The notes under the pieces: model-generated
The model's input: only the letters and a program-made list of their open reading frames with translations
Told to the model about the DNA's origin: nothing
The model's database searches: none
Position numbers and translations under genes: made by a program
Assembly (NCBI GenBank): GCA_951406725.2
Contig: OX597822.1
Span: 12,462,001-12,526,000 of the forward strand
Direction: 5' to 3'
Length of the DNA stretch: 64,000 nucleotides
From: Octopus vulgaris
Lineage: Eukaryota
Shown here: positions 27,441-42,499 of the stretch, in pieces
Numbering within the stretch: position 1 is the first letter of the stretch
Layout of the letters: the number at the start of each line of letters is the position of its first letter

Positions 27441-27441
<1 letters not shown>
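27163..27441. mobile_element. Palindromic PLE terminal-repeat element in (TA)n
   Basis: Arms fold about ttcaatagtc-aa-gactattgaa (centre 27324). The same repeat flanks the RT fragment at 58430-59040. Confidence 0.72.
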
Positions 27442-27484
<43 letters not shown>

Positions 27485-28129
27485 AAAAATAAAAATATAT
27501 ACTCCTTGTATAATTTCAATATATTTGAAATAATTTATATTGTGTTTGTTGACCGGTTTCTCTTTCGCTAATCGTCTCATTGAGATTATTGTAATTTCTT
27601 ATTTTCTTAACAAGATTTTAGTCTATGTTGTGCGTGGATAGGGCAGGTAATTCTTCATCTTTTAGGGAGGAGATAAATATACACAAAACTTCAAAAGCTA
27701 AATAGGCAATGATGCGTAAATGATCTTGTATTGAAATATATACTGAGATCAAAGCTGGTTTTGCGTTCACATTCAGACGTTTTCAGTATTTTTTTAATTA
27801 AAAAATTTCTTTATTTAAACCTTCTTAGATAGAAATTGTTTCTTTGCACTAAAACATGGTGAAAATTGTGAAGTTTGGTTGGATATCACCTTCACATCTC
27901 TCTATATGTACACACACACAAACATACACACACACACACCACGCAACATATATCATTTCGGCAATCGTAAAATATCAAAAGAACTTTTTTCAAATTATCG
28001 TCCTTCGATACGAAAAATTCCACAACCTTCAGTCTCAACAAATTACTATTGTCCCCCGAGAGTTGTTTTTATATTTACTGCTGATTGCTTGAAGCTAACT
28101 TTCTTCATTCACCTCGATCCTTGGATCTT

Positions 28130-28200
<71 letters not shown>

Positions 28201-28547
28201 GTAAATGTATATATATATACCTATATATATATATATGTATATGCGTTTACTAATTAATTTTTATTCTAGACTATTAGCTAACATTTGACGTAAAATATGT
28301 TTTAGTGACAGGGGTATGTTTTACACTAAATTATTACAAATAATACAAGTTCTATAATATTTATTTAGATATATTATAGGATTTGATATGTTTCTAATTT
28401 AAACATTAAAATCTCCTTAGGTAGAGCATAAGATATCTTCATTTTACTTTAGGTATCTAATATTTTTCAAATATATTTGTAATTTTTTTTTAATATAATT
28501 TTTTAACTTGTAATTTTCAACTTTCCCTGTACATAATAATATACGAA

Positions 28548-28625
28548 GCCTGGGGACGCACTGGCAGATTTATGTATTAAGTATAGCCTTACTACACACC
28601 CCACTAGTGCAGAAATACGTGTAGC
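28548..28625 (+). ncRNA. Degenerate hammerhead with long stem II loop (A6G)
   Basis: gc-CTGGGGA-c-gcactgg...ctagtgc-a-GAAA-tacgtg-TA-gc. Same family as 51289-51368. Confidence 0.55.
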
Positions 28626-28802
28626 GGTTACTAGTACTACCTTCTTTCCCCACAGATTAATAATAGGCAAGATATATTTATTTAACTAAATTTATGCAAT
28701 GTTATTTTAATTATTGTATTTGATTTAATTTTCTCTGCGTATACCATACCAGGCGTTTATCGTGAATCGGTGCTTATCGGTAAATATCCCAAATTTGTAG
28801 TA

Positions 28803-28849
<47 letters not shown>

Positions 28850-29662
28850 CACACACGTATATATATACACACACACACATATATATGCATATATTGTATG
28901 TATGTTTTTATGTATGTGTGGTATGTGTGTATATGTCTTTGTGGATATATATTCTCTAAGGAATATTTGATATTCCAATATATGTTCTATAAATTTAAAC
29001 ATTCTAAAATTGCAATGATAAAATCTACAAGCATTCTTATTCAAAATTATTTCTTGTATTTGATTTATTTTATGTTATCACCACTCATGCACATACAGAC
29101 ACGTTTCGTGTGTTACAATACCGCAGTGTCGATAGCATCATACAAAATTGTATAAAGCACAATCGTTCTTCGAATTTATTTACTGTTTTACTATTCCGTA
29201 TATATTTCACACTTTCAACAATATTCTACATCACATACACGCAAAATGAAATAGAATTATAATAGCTTTTTGAGACACTCAACGTATATTACGTCATGTA
29301 ATATCTCATAGATGCGCCTAATGTAATTTTATTGCAATAACTTTCGCAATATTTGATAAATATTGCGGTAAGAAAAGCAATTGTGTTTCCTATAAGAGGT
29401 CCCTTGCAGTATATAATATTTCACGGTAACACATTTAAAAGAATTGCGATATTATTTCTAGGTAATAATCTGAGTCTTGCGTATGTATATGTATATATAT
29501 ATATATGTGTGTGTGTATATACGTATATAGATGTACACACACACATATATATATATACATATGTACATGCATATATTTACTTGTATATATTTGTACATAT
29601 GTATATATATATATTTACATATACATGTATACATATGTATATATATTTATGTATACCTGTAT

Positions 29663-29720
<58 letters not shown>

Positions 29721-30546
29721 GTGTGTATATGTGTGTGTGTGTATGTGTGTGCATACATGTGTGAATGTGTTGTATATCTGTGGATGCGTGTGCGTGTGCA
29801 TTTATGTAACTTTCCTTTCATTTCATACATATATAAAGCAGATAGAAATATGTAGCAACACCATGCACCCAAGCAGCCGAAAATATTAACTATGACAAAT
29901 TCATTTATACTTAAAAAGGTGCCATTCTTTTCTTTGCTCTGCAGATTGTTTTAAGATTTATTGCATTCACAAGAATAGTTGTGCCGCATATCCAAAATGT
30001 AGAAGGCTTTTTTCACCGTTTGTATTTCACTCTTAATTAGGCCATCTACAATAAAGTCTTCATTTCTATTCACTGTGTTTTATGTATTATAAAGGCATAC
30101 ACACGCATGCACACACTCATGCACACGCTCCTTTATTATCCTAATTCAAGGATGACCCCCTTTGAAAGGCTTTCGGCGAACATATCGACTCCGATTATGT
30201 ATTGTTTTTAAGCCCGGTACTTATTCTATCGCTTTCCTGTGCCGAGCAGCTTGGTCTCGTGAACCTAAACCATCCAGCACCGGTTGTGAGTGAGGAGGCA
30301 AACACAGACAAAGAGACAATGACAAGAGAGATAAAAACGTATATACACGCACACACACGTTTCCAGAAAATCTGCGCTACATAAATAACCAGCATTCGAA
30401 TATGAATAATTGGGTTCACTACCAGCAGTATATTGGATAGGCACTATCCCTTCGTTGGTTGCTTTTCCAACCTCTAAGTCTCACAGAAATATATATATAT
30501 ACATACGTACATCCATACGTACATACATATATACATATATATACAT

Positions 30547-30614
<68 letters not shown>

Positions 30615-30618
<4 letters not shown>

Positions 30619-31380
30619 AGGGTTTTTTGCAACAAGTTGCTTAAACCACATACCGAAAATATTAGAAATAGCAGTCAAAGGGCTACTATTTCTTTTACTA
30701 CAAAAATAAGTCTCCACAAACAACAGTATTTGTAACTCACATAAGGTTTTTTTGCAACAAGTTACAAATACTGTTGTTTGTGGAGACTTATTTTTGTAGT
30801 AAAAGAAATAGTAGCCCTTTGACTGCTATTTCTAATATTGTCGGTATGTGGTTTAAGCCCCAGGAGAACGTCTCCTCCAGCTGGCTTTAGGCACACTTTC
30901 TGTGCCTTTCGGTATTTGCAAGGGGATGTCATCCTTCCCTCGTCAACCTAAGTGGCTACCAAGCTACAGTAACACCCACCCTTAGTGGTTAGCCATATTG
31001 AGATGGCAAATATACCTCACATTGTCGTGCAGTTACTGTTTATACCTCGTTCAGAGATTTATTATTGCTTGCATACACTTTTTCAAGATCAGTGACGAAT
31101 AGTTACTGGAAAAAGGATATAAATATTTGCATTGGGAACTCCTTTTATCGAAAACCGGTGATTGTCGTACGCTGATGACGGGCCAAGACCCAGAAACTGC
31201 AGTCCGTGCGTATCACTTAGGTTCACGAGGGAAGGTTGACCTCCCTTTGCAAATGCCGAAAGGGCACAGAAAGTGTGCCTAAAGCCAGCTGGAGGAGATA
31301 TTCTACTGGGGCTACAAGCTACAGTAACACCCTCCCTTAGTGGTTAGCCATATTGAGATGACAAATATACCTCACAAGAT
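30615..31380. mobile_element. Complex PLE-type terminal-repeat element with nested inverted and direct repeats
   Basis: IR 30639-30737/30760-30858, IR 30858-30945/31224-31313, DR 30955-31020/31310-31377; contains a hammerhead. Confidence 0.7.
31166..31210 (+). ncRNA. Minimal type I hammerhead ribozyme, canonical core
   Basis: cgtacg-CTGATGA-c-ggg(ccaaga)ccc-a-GAAA-ctgcag-TC-cgtgcg: 6-bp stem I, palindromic stem III. Confidence 0.8.
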
Positions 31381-31499
31381 AAGGACAAATATCCGTCAAA
31401 TGTAAATAATGTAAATGTATATATATGTATATATATTGTAGTGGACTACTGTATGAGCCTTGCGTGTGAGAAACAACAGTGCTCTGGCTTTACTGTAGC

Positions 31500-32275
31500 G
31501 CTAACTCAGAGCAGTTGGGTCAAGGCTAAAAAGATATCTGATGCTGAATTTGGTGACGACAGGAGCAAACACAGTGCGGGAAGCAGAGGTGTTGATGTAG
31601 GATGTGGACACTGTGTCGATGTGTGTGGGCTGAAAATGAAGGAGAATAAGATGAAATATCTGATAGGGAAAATTTAGAATCCAGAGAGAATTTTGAATGT
31701 AGGCGGGAAGCCAACAGAGTTTGTTGAGGACTTCCTGTATCTGAGAGCAAATATTGGGAAGACAGAGGGTGATATAGTTGAGAGGAAGAGCAAATCCTGG
31801 GCGGCATCACACACCTTGAGAACTGTGTGGATGTCAGACCGTCGTAAAGGCTTGAAGATCCGTCTCTTTCTTGCTGCAGTGGAGTCTGTGCTATTGTACG
31901 GGTCTGAGACTTGGACACTGACCAAGAAACTCATTCAGATGGGGCATGTGTGCTACACGAGAATGCTGAGGATGACTCTAAACATTAATCAGTATACACT
32001 GAGGATGAACTACTCAGAGCTGTACGACAGCCTCCCAGTGGCTCGCTCGAAAATAATAAGGAGGTGACTGAGATTATCTGGGCATGCTCACTGTCTTTCA
32101 GAGTTGATACTGCTCCCACTGCTCCTGTGGGAGACTCTACAAGGACACATGAAAACAGTGAGACCGAGTATAACATATGTTAATGCCCTAAGGGAAACAC
32201 AGGATTTGGCAGCGATGATGAAGGACAACGACTGTTGGAGATAACTCGTCCTTGGATCTCGGTAATTGTACCCGC
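31500..32275 (+). mobile_element. RTE-clade LINE RT 3' fragment, decayed
   Basis: ISDAEFGDD, VEDFLYL, KIRLFLAAVESVLLYGSETWTLTK, YTRMLRMTLNI. Confidence 0.88.
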
Positions 32276-32280
32276 CCAAG

Positions 32281-32298
32281 ATATATATATATATATAT

Positions 32299-32359
<61 letters not shown>

Positions 32360-32402
32360 CAGACAGATAGATAGACAGACAGACATATAGATAGATAGAT
32401 AT

Positions 32403-32481
<79 letters not shown>
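32281..32481. repeat. (TA)n-(GATA)n microsatellite
   Basis: Directly visible. Confidence 0.97.
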
Positions 32482-32585
32482 TACCTTGGTCGGAGGGTTG
32501 TTAAAGTGAAGGTAGCAGAGATGCTACCCGCAGTGGACACCCCCTTACTGGCAGCGACAGGAGAGAATTAAAATCTTAGAAATAC

Positions 32586-32898
32586 AGAGGAGTGGCTGGG
32601 TGTTAAGAAGCTTTCTTCTCAAACACATGGTTCCCGGTTCAGTCCCACTGCGTGGCACCTTGGGCAGGTGTCTTCTACTATAGCCTCGGTCTGATCAAAG
32701 ACATATGAGTGCATTTGGTAGGTGGAAACTGAAAGAAGCCTGTCGTACACACACACAAACATATGTATATATTTGTATGTCTGTGTTTGACCCTTCACCA
32801 TTATTTTACAATCGATGTTGATGTGATTACGTCTCCGTAACTTAGCGGTTCGTGAAAAGAGAACGATAGAATAAGTACTAAGCTTCTAAAAGAATAAA
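32586..32898 (+). mobile_element. SINE family A, 3' truncated; an inverted 5' half follows at ~32955-33100
   Basis: Head and core match family A. Confidence 0.85.
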
Positions 32899-34504
32899 AG
32901 ATCATACATACTTATACATACATTCATATATATATATAAATATATATATATATGCGATGGACTTCTATGGGTTTTAGGTCTACGAAATCTAACCTCAGGG
33001 CCTTTGTTGGCTCGAGGTTATATTAATAGACGCTGGTCCACGTTTCCATGCTGTGGAATTGAACACGAACCATGCAGTTGGGAAGTCAACTTCTTACCAC
33101 AGAGTTGAATATATCCATGTGAATTTCAGCTTGTGATATTGTATGGTTACTGCTAGTGATTTCTAAAGAAACATGCGTTCCATATTTATACGAGGAACTT
33201 CTGTACCAGCATAAAATGTAAGAACTAAAATCTATGTTCTACAAAACACTCCGAGGCGATGCTCAGGCCTGGCGGCACTGTATTGATTAAAGGGGAATAA
33301 AGGACAATTCAGGAGAGTAGGACGTGACCCATAACGTTTATTTTCCCGAATCGCCGAGACACGTCAGAAAAAATAAACATTTTCATTGAGGGGACAGACC
33401 TGGCCCGGAATTTATAGCCCAAAACTGAGGGGTTAAAGAACTCGGTCCATAACTGCAAACTACTTCGTCCGACATGAACAATATTGCCGAAACACAGCCT
33501 AGGGCTTGTAATATATCTTATCGGCCCTTAAAGGTTGAAAGGCAAAAGTGATAGCGACGGGATTTGAACTGTAAGCAAAAGAAAAGAGGGAACAAATAAA
33601 AAAAGGTATTTTGTTACACACTTCCATTATTCTTCCAATCCGGCGCCTAATGTTACTTCGATCACAGAAATCTGATGATGAGAGAGGGGGAGCAAGAGGG
33701 GGAGAGAGAAGGAGAAAGAGGGAGAGAGAGAGGGGGGAAAGGGGGAGAGAGGGAGAGAGAGAGAAGAGTGGAAGCTCGTGCGAAGATGAGTTGTATGCGC
33801 TTTCAAGTCGTGTGTTTGCGTGTGTGCGTGTATGTGTGTAAGAAATGGGTGATACGCTTGGGTTGTTTGATTCAAAAATATTTCCTCCAGTAGAGATCCA
33901 ACCCTCTAGCTATCTGTCAGTTTTCCCTCCCCTCCACACTCTCTCTGGGTACATATATATATATATGTGTTTGTGTGTATGTGTGTATATGTATTCCTCT
34001 CTTTTTATCTATCTATAGATATAGAGCTAGATATAAATATATAGGTATCTATCTCTTTCTCCCTATGTGTGAGTGTGTGTGTGTCTGTGTGTCTGTGTTT
34101 GTGTGTGCGTGTGTAATTGTGAGTGTATAAACACGTGTAGATGCTTGAATGTATTAATACCCGCATATACACAAACAGATGTTTGTTTGTAGTCACCAAG
34201 TGCAGAAGCCAAAATCCGAACATACATTAAGCTCCACTTTGGGCATTCAAATATTTACGCATTGATTCCATTATTTGGGGCGGAGGATGCGGTGCAGTTT
34301 AAAATCCCATTTACTTAGCTTTTGTTTTCAGGTTTTAGTTTTACTCTACCCTATTGATTTGTAAAACTATTTAAAAATATATTCAGAAAGATCACGTATT
34401 AAACGGTGTGTTGCATGCACACTTGGTATTTTACGGAATCCATACATTTTTATAGGCATATAAATGTGTGAGTGTGTATGTGTGTATGTGTGTATATTTG
34501 TGAG

Positions 34505-34552
<48 letters not shown>

Positions 34553-34722
34553 TAAGAGCATATATGTGTGTGTGTCGGTTTGCACACAAATACACATGTA
34601 CATTGATATATATATATAGATGAATACATATATATATAATATATATATATACAGAGAGAGAGAGATAAATATATAGATAGATAAATATATATATATATAC
34701 ATAAATATAATAGATGCACATA

Positions 34723-34779
<57 letters not shown>

Positions 34780-34893
34780 GATGCAATTCATCTTTTGTAT
34801 TTCTCCTGTGTATGCATAAACTCTGCAAATACTTATAGATGGAATGATATTAAGGTAATCGTATATCTATGTATCTATCAATCCATCTATATG

Positions 34894-34949
<56 letters not shown>

Positions 34950-34987
34950 CATACATACATGCATGTATGTGTATGCATGTGTGTTTT

Positions 34988-35031
<44 letters not shown>

Positions 35032-35697
35032 ATATATACACATGTAACACACCACAACGCGCTCATGCAACGCCCATGAATATTCACTCATATTTGCATT
35101 AACACGTGTTTCATTTAATATAATACGACATCGGATGCGTTGCTTACACATTTTTCCGTATCTTACAACAAAAGGTAATTCTCTCTAACTAATATTATTC
35201 ACATCTTCATACAAAATAAAAACAGCTTAATGGCGTTCTGTGACTTTAAACGTTTTATCACGTTACATAATATCTAATAGATAGCTTCGATATAGTCATA
35301 GTGCTATAAAATTCGCAAAATTCGATAAACATACTGTGAGCGATATAGTTTTATTTCCTATAAAAAGTCCCTTAGCATATATTGTTTCAAGGGAATATAT
35401 ACTACAGAAAAATTATATCCTGTGGAAGTAATAATCAGAAAAGTGTATGAAATTTTCCATAGTATTTCATATATTTATAACTATATAAGCACGCCCATTA
35501 GCACAAAAGGCCATATACTGGCGAAGTTATTGGTAGATACTTAAGTATAGATGTTTTAACTGGTTATTAGATCACATGTATACATACTGGTAAACACAAA
35601 TATGTACATTTGCGCACGCACATACACATACGCACACAGACACACACAGACGCGCACACCTGCACACAGAAGCATACTCACACGTACACATATCGTG

Positions 35698-36073
35698 GCA
35701 CTGCGTCGGTTACGACGACGAGGGTTCCAGTTGATCCGATCAATGGAACAGCCTGCTCGTGAAATTGAAGTGCAAGTGTCTGAGCACTCCGCAGGTACGT
35801 GTACCCTTAGCGTAGTTCTCGGGGAGATTCAGCGTGAAACAGAGCGTGACAAGGCTGGTCTCTTTGAAATACAGGTACAACAGACAAAGGAAGAAAAAGT
35901 GAGAAAGTTTTGGTGAAAGATAACAGCAGAGATCCCCACCACCCCTTTTTGGAGCCTCGGGGTGCTTTAGATATTTTAGCTCAATAAACGCTCACAACGC
36001 CCGGTCTGGGAATCAAATCCACGATCGTACGACCGCGAGTCCACTGCTCTAAACACTGAACCATTGCGCCTCC
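35698..36073 (-). mobile_element. SINE family B, full length
   Basis: Reverse complement of 3375-3710 plus the B-box segment missing there. Confidence 0.85.
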
Positions 36074-36084
36074 ACTACTTTGTT

Positions 36085-36421
36085 TTATGCTTGTTTCAGT
36101 CATTTCAAAGTGGCCATGCTGGGGCAACAGCTTTTTGAATTTTTAGTTGAATGAATCAGTCCCAGTACATATAATTGCTTTTTCTTACCGATCTAATTCC
36201 GAAACGCGTACATGGTTAATCAATTATCGATTCATTTTCGTTACTGCGTGGATTGTTTTCGAGTACTTTGTTTTTGTCCGGGAATCTCTTTTTAAAGTAG
36301 AGGAGATAGCTAAGGTTCTTTGACTACTATTTCTAATCTTCGGTATGTGGCAAAGCAAATCTTTACTGAACCCTAATTATAAAATATGTATATATATATA
36401 TATACGTATATACATATATAC

Positions 36422-36493
<72 letters not shown>

Positions 36494-36965
36494 GTATATA
36501 TATATATATATATTTATGTATATATATATATATGTGTGTATGTATGTATGTATGTATATGTGTAAATATATAAAATATATACGATAGGCTTCTTCCAGAT
36601 TTCGTCTACGAAACTCACAAGGCTTTTGTCGATTCGAGGCTATGGTAGCAAAGACTTGCACATGGTGCAAAGCAGTGGGACTGAACCCGGATCCAGCGCC
36701 TTTAAATATATGTAGCATATATGACATATGAATACCCAGCATTGTGTATATTTCTTTTGAGACACTGGAATGCGGCAATGCTGGGATACTGACTTCTTGA
36801 AGGTTTCGTCCAATAAATCAACCCCAGGATTTCTTTTTTTTTCCTTTTTAAACCTAGTATTTAACCTATCAACTCATTTGCCGAACCGTTAAGTTGCGGC
36901 TACATGAACAAACTAAAACCGGTTCTCAATCGATGATGGCTGATAGCTAGAATTACAGACACAGA
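36085..36965 (-). mobile_element. Fragmented family A SINEs interrupted by a PLE-type repeat and microsatellite
   Basis: Tail at 36085-36170, 5' half at 36583-36700 and a second 3' half at 36765-36965. 36320-36350 matches 30818-30851. Confidence 0.6.
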
Positions 36966-36990
36966 TATGGATATATAGATGTAAAGAAAA

Positions 36991-37123
36991 GCGCAAGAGT
37001 AGCAGTATGTTAAGTAGCTTGCTTACCAACTACATGTGTCTGGGTTCAGTCCCACTGCATGGGACATTGTGAGTGGATTTGGTAGCCGGAAACTGAAAGA
37101 AGCCGATCATATATATGTATATA

Positions 37124-37221
<98 letters not shown>

Positions 37222-37437
37222 GTGTGTGTATGTGTGTGTGTGTGTGTATCTATGTTGGTGTATCTGTGTTTGCACCCCACCACCGCTTGACAACCGATCT
37301 CGGTGCGTTTACGTCCCCATAACTTAGCAGTTCGGCAAAGAGCCCGATAGAATAAGTACTAGGCTTTCAAAGAATAAGTGCTGTGGATGATTTGACTCCA
37401 GCATAGCCGCAGTCAAATGACTCATTCAAGTAAAAGA
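36991..37437 (+). mobile_element. SINE family A with expanded internal microsatellite
   Basis: Both halves match family A; the internal repeat is ~140 bp. Confidence 0.88.
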
Positions 37438-37523
37438 ATGAAACAATGCAAACATAATGTATGACGGGTTTCCTTCAAGTTCCTCAACCAATTTCACTCA
37501 CGCAGCTACACACACACACACAG

Positions 37524-37568
<45 letters not shown>

Positions 37569-37932
37569 CCAGTGTATGATGGATAGCAAGAGCGCGACAG
37601 ATAACTAGACAATATAATGGATGAAACACTCACAATCACGTGTATAAAACGAATATTTGTATATAATAATTTGAATGCGGCAACATAACGGTAATGCAAA
37701 AGAAGACACATATATAGAATTGCGTTATTCTATCGATTATACGCTTTGTAATGTTTTATATATACATATGTGTATATGCATATATGTAGATATATACATA
37801 TGTATGTACATATGTAAGTATTCATGTATATATGTACATTTATATATATGTATATATATATATACATGTATATATATATGTATATATATATATATATATG
37901 TATATATACACATATATATATATGTATATATT

Positions 37933-38022
<90 letters not shown>

Positions 38023-38125
38023 TGTATGTATATATAGTTGTATACATATTTATATATGTCTCTATCTTTGTGAACATGCATGTCTAAATGGTCGATATAT
38101 TTATGATATATTTATGTATATACAA

Positions 38126-38220
<95 letters not shown>

Positions 38221-39078
38221 TATGTATGTATGTATGTGTGTGTGTGTGTATATCATTAAATGTCAGAGATAAATGTATTCCTAGATGCAGAAATAGTAAC
38301 TGAGACATGTCCGCATACATGTTTTTTAATATCTCTACATATACTCATCCTTTGATGTCTCACTATCTTACCAACTGGTTTAGTAGTCTACAACAATTGT
38401 TATGATTCATGCTTACTGGACCTCTGGGATGCTATCGCTCTGATACGTGTAGTGTGATGTAATGGAGACCAACTCAGATGATTTATCATTTTTACATTTC
38501 CATCCAATGATTTCACAACTCGTATTATTATTTTGTTTTGTATATATATTATTAATTCATTGTTTTGTTCCATTTTTTGTCATTTTTATCCCTATATTCC
38601 CTGCCAATTTCCTAGTCTTTTATTGCTATTTGTCTTTTTCAATACAATCCTCAACTCCTCTCCGGTTGGATTTCAATTTTGTTTATCCTGAACCACAAGC
38701 GATATGTAACGAATGCTAATTTAAAAATTATAGAAACGGGTAAAATCGAATACGGTTTTGCTGATTCTTTCCCAGATATCGTTTATTTTTCTCTGTTATA
38801 AAACATATACATGGCGCATATATATGTTTTATATAGCATCATCATCATCATCAACAGAAGCACCAGCACCACAACCACCACCAGCAGAAACAACAACTTT
38901 TAGAACAGCAGTAGTATTATCAATAAACATGGTGATAATAATATATACAATTATAGTTATTTCAAGAGGGTTCCGCCAACATTTACTGGATACCAAAGAT
39001 CCAACCGTGTTCCGTATATTTTTACAGCATTGTATTTTTGCAAGATAAAAAAGTTGTTTTTTATATATACATCATATG

Positions 39079-39130
<52 letters not shown>

Positions 39131-39758
39131 TCCAGTAAAATTTAGATCCAGTTGGTATGGTATTATCCATATAATTCAAAATGGGGTGAATACAATCTGC
39201 TTATTTTGATTGTATGTGTGGGTGTGTGGGTGTGTTTGTGTGGGTGTGTGTGTGTGTGTGTGTGTATTATATATATATTACATCCGATTTATCAAAAAGT
39301 GGTTTAAAGTTAAATTTCTTGACCTTTTTATATAGAATTTTTTTTCTGTGGGGTTTGCCAAGCAAGGGAGAAGAAAGACGAAAAAATTTTGAGAAGGAGT
39401 GGGAAATAGAGTGCCGTGGCTTTTTTATTGGTATGGTCAGACTAATATGTTTAGTACTTAGTACCCTTTTAAGGTGGGAAACGAAAAAGAATATTTTTGC
39501 ACTTGAACTGATCAAGGTTTTAAATGAAAAACCAGATGTTGTTTTTGACTTTCTTCAGAAAAATTAGAATTGCATTTCCAGGTCTTGTCCTTTTGTATTC
39601 GTTAAAGAGAGTTGTAATGATGTGGTCAACGTCATTTGATTGAAATTCTAGATGTTTTCGAACGAGTGATTTTTCAGTTCACTATACACTCACACAACAA
39701 ATATACATATGCTTGTAAATACATGTGTATACATATGCATATATACATACATGCATAC

Positions 39759-39792
<34 letters not shown>

Positions 39793-40161
39793 GGGGTTAT
39801 GATAGGTAATGGTGTCAGTAAGACCCAAAGTTGTCAGGTAATGCTAAGTGCTATGGATACACCATAGTTAAGCTCCAGGTACGTTGATTATGCGAGCGAA
39901 TAAGGAAACCAACGTTAGGAATATATATCAATGTGTGTATATATAGATTTGTTTTCAGAATGAGATAAAAAAAAACCAAGGCTGTGAAGATTTTATCTAA
40001 ATTATATGTAAGTTAACTATTGCTTAACTATTTTCCCACACCGTCTCCGCTGAAGGGTTATAATAAATAAATATCCTGGAAACAACCGTAAGACCTATTT
40101 ATAAGTGTTAACAGCGTTGGTTTTTTATCTCATTCTGAAAAAAAACTGTTATATACATATT

Positions 40162-40200
<39 letters not shown>

Positions 40201-40342
40201 CCTTAAATCCTTAAAAATGTGATAGCCCGAAGGCCGCGGCCATGCTGGGGCACCACCGCTGAATGAGCTACACTAATTTGTGAATCCACCTCTGATACGT
40301 ATATATATATATAAATGTATGAATATATATATATAGAGAGAG

Positions 40343-40443
<101 letters not shown>

Positions 40444-40454
40444 TACATACATTT

Positions 40455-40495
<41 letters not shown>

Positions 40496-42215
40496 GCTAC
40501 ATACATATATGTATATAAAATTAGCTACAACACCACGAATAAAAGTGTCTCAATCAGTTAGTCTAAATTAATGTTAAATGCAAAGAAAACCTCTGGGATT
40601 CTATCGTCTACGCAATTAAAAGCTGCATGTGTACACGAAAACAAGCGGCCATAAATTGTATAATTTAGTTATAAAATAATGTAAACACCTGAACAGTTTT
40701 CTTTGCATAAGAATTGAAAATGATATTATAATGAAATGGCTGCAAAAATACACACACATACATGCATACATGTGTATATACATTTGTGTGCTCGCGCGTT
40801 TGTGTGCATGTACCTACACAGCGATTGAGAGATAGGTACAGGTCTTAAAAGATAACATGCAACTAATCTATCACACACACGCGCGCGCGCGCATATATAT
40901 GCATGTATTTTCTTGTTCGGTTGCATAATTCTGTTCCCCACCGCCAGCGTGTATCAAACTGACGACGACTGCAGTGATGGAGATGATGAAAAGGTGAGGA
41001 GTATAAAATAATTGTTCATCATGGTCATCATGATCATAATGATTATCATCATCATCGACATCATTGTATCATTTACTGTCGTCTTCTTCTTCTTCGTCAT
41101 TTTCCCTATCACCAACAACATCGTTATATGAAATAACCATCGTTAGTATCTCTTTTCAGTTTCAATTGGTGTTTTGTTGGTGACAATTTAAAACAATTAT
41201 TTTAGAATTACAGTAGGAAATCCACTGGGACAGATTCGGAAGGCCTCCAGTCCAGTAAACAAACGGTAAACAATTTATACAACAACATCACAGCATACAC
41301 GATATTTCCATCCTTCAGGCAAACTTCTCGCCGATCTCTCCACGTAAATCTCTAAGATATAATTATTCTCATTTTGTTTTTACCTAAACAAAACACATTT
41401 AAAGTGGCCACGTATCCTTACAACACCGATCCCATTTTCAAAAAGCTGTTATTAAAGGGTTTTGTTTCAGTATATACTTTTTGTAGCTTGTAGAAGAGAT
41501 TAAAGACCCTAAATCCGATTAACTGAGTGAAGCTTTAAAATAAGATTTACACGTCGCACTCATTCGATGTGATCTAGTTACAAATACAAAGGCCATCATT
41601 TTCAATATAAATTTAACTTTTACAGCAGTAACTATGGTCACATATGAAAAATTAGAACTTTTTCAACGGCATCAGATTAAATTGTTGTCAGATAAATTTG
41701 TATGTAAATGCAATAAGTTGGCCTTGTATCATATCATAAGCTTGTATTTTGTGGATTTTGAAATGCAGAGGATTTAAATCTAAAGTCAAAACATGGGTGA
41801 ATTTCAACCGAAAAAGTTTTATCTAAAATTGAAAGAAAACCACCAGTTTTCATTTTCAATAAGGCTTGGTATACTGTTAAAGACAAAATGACATATTGCA
41901 TATTCTTACCGAAACGTTTTGTGTTAATAAATGAAAACGTAAAACAAAAGCCGTATGTTGACAGTAGAATAGTTTTCATGCATAAAAAGGAAATGACGAA
42001 CGCTTGTTGGAACATGCATTCGGAAAACTTAAGATAAGTCATTCGCAAAATTACATATTTGTATGCACACGCACGCACATACAAACGCACTCGCATTCGT
42101 ACACATAGAAACACGTAAAAACAGACACATCTGCACACATATAAATAATTGTTTGAATGCATGTGCATGTGAGCTTTGGCGTTCGTGTAAGCAAACGCTT
42201 TTATATGTATATAAG

Positions 42216-42432
42216 TACGAGGTCTGATCAAAAGGTAACGGAACTCGAGAACGCAGATTGAAGCCACTTGGTACAGATTGACCTTCAACGCTCTTACGCG
42301 TGCAGTCTAAATAATATAGCCTCGCTCATTTCCATCGGTTAAAACAGAGCTTGAAAGTAACGGGTGTTGCATATCATCACACAACAGAGCTTCCATCAGT
42401 GACCATGGCAGAGAAAAAAAATGTGTGTGTGC

Positions 42433-42499
<67 letters not shown>

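Noticed and set aside
39270-39680. Coding-like AT-rich stretch
   Set aside because: No identifiable motif; stops in the plausible frames.
40949-41000. DDDCSDGDDEK resembling an LDLa motif before gtgagg
   Set aside because: Lies in a degenerate (GAT/GAC)n tract and lacks the other cysteines.
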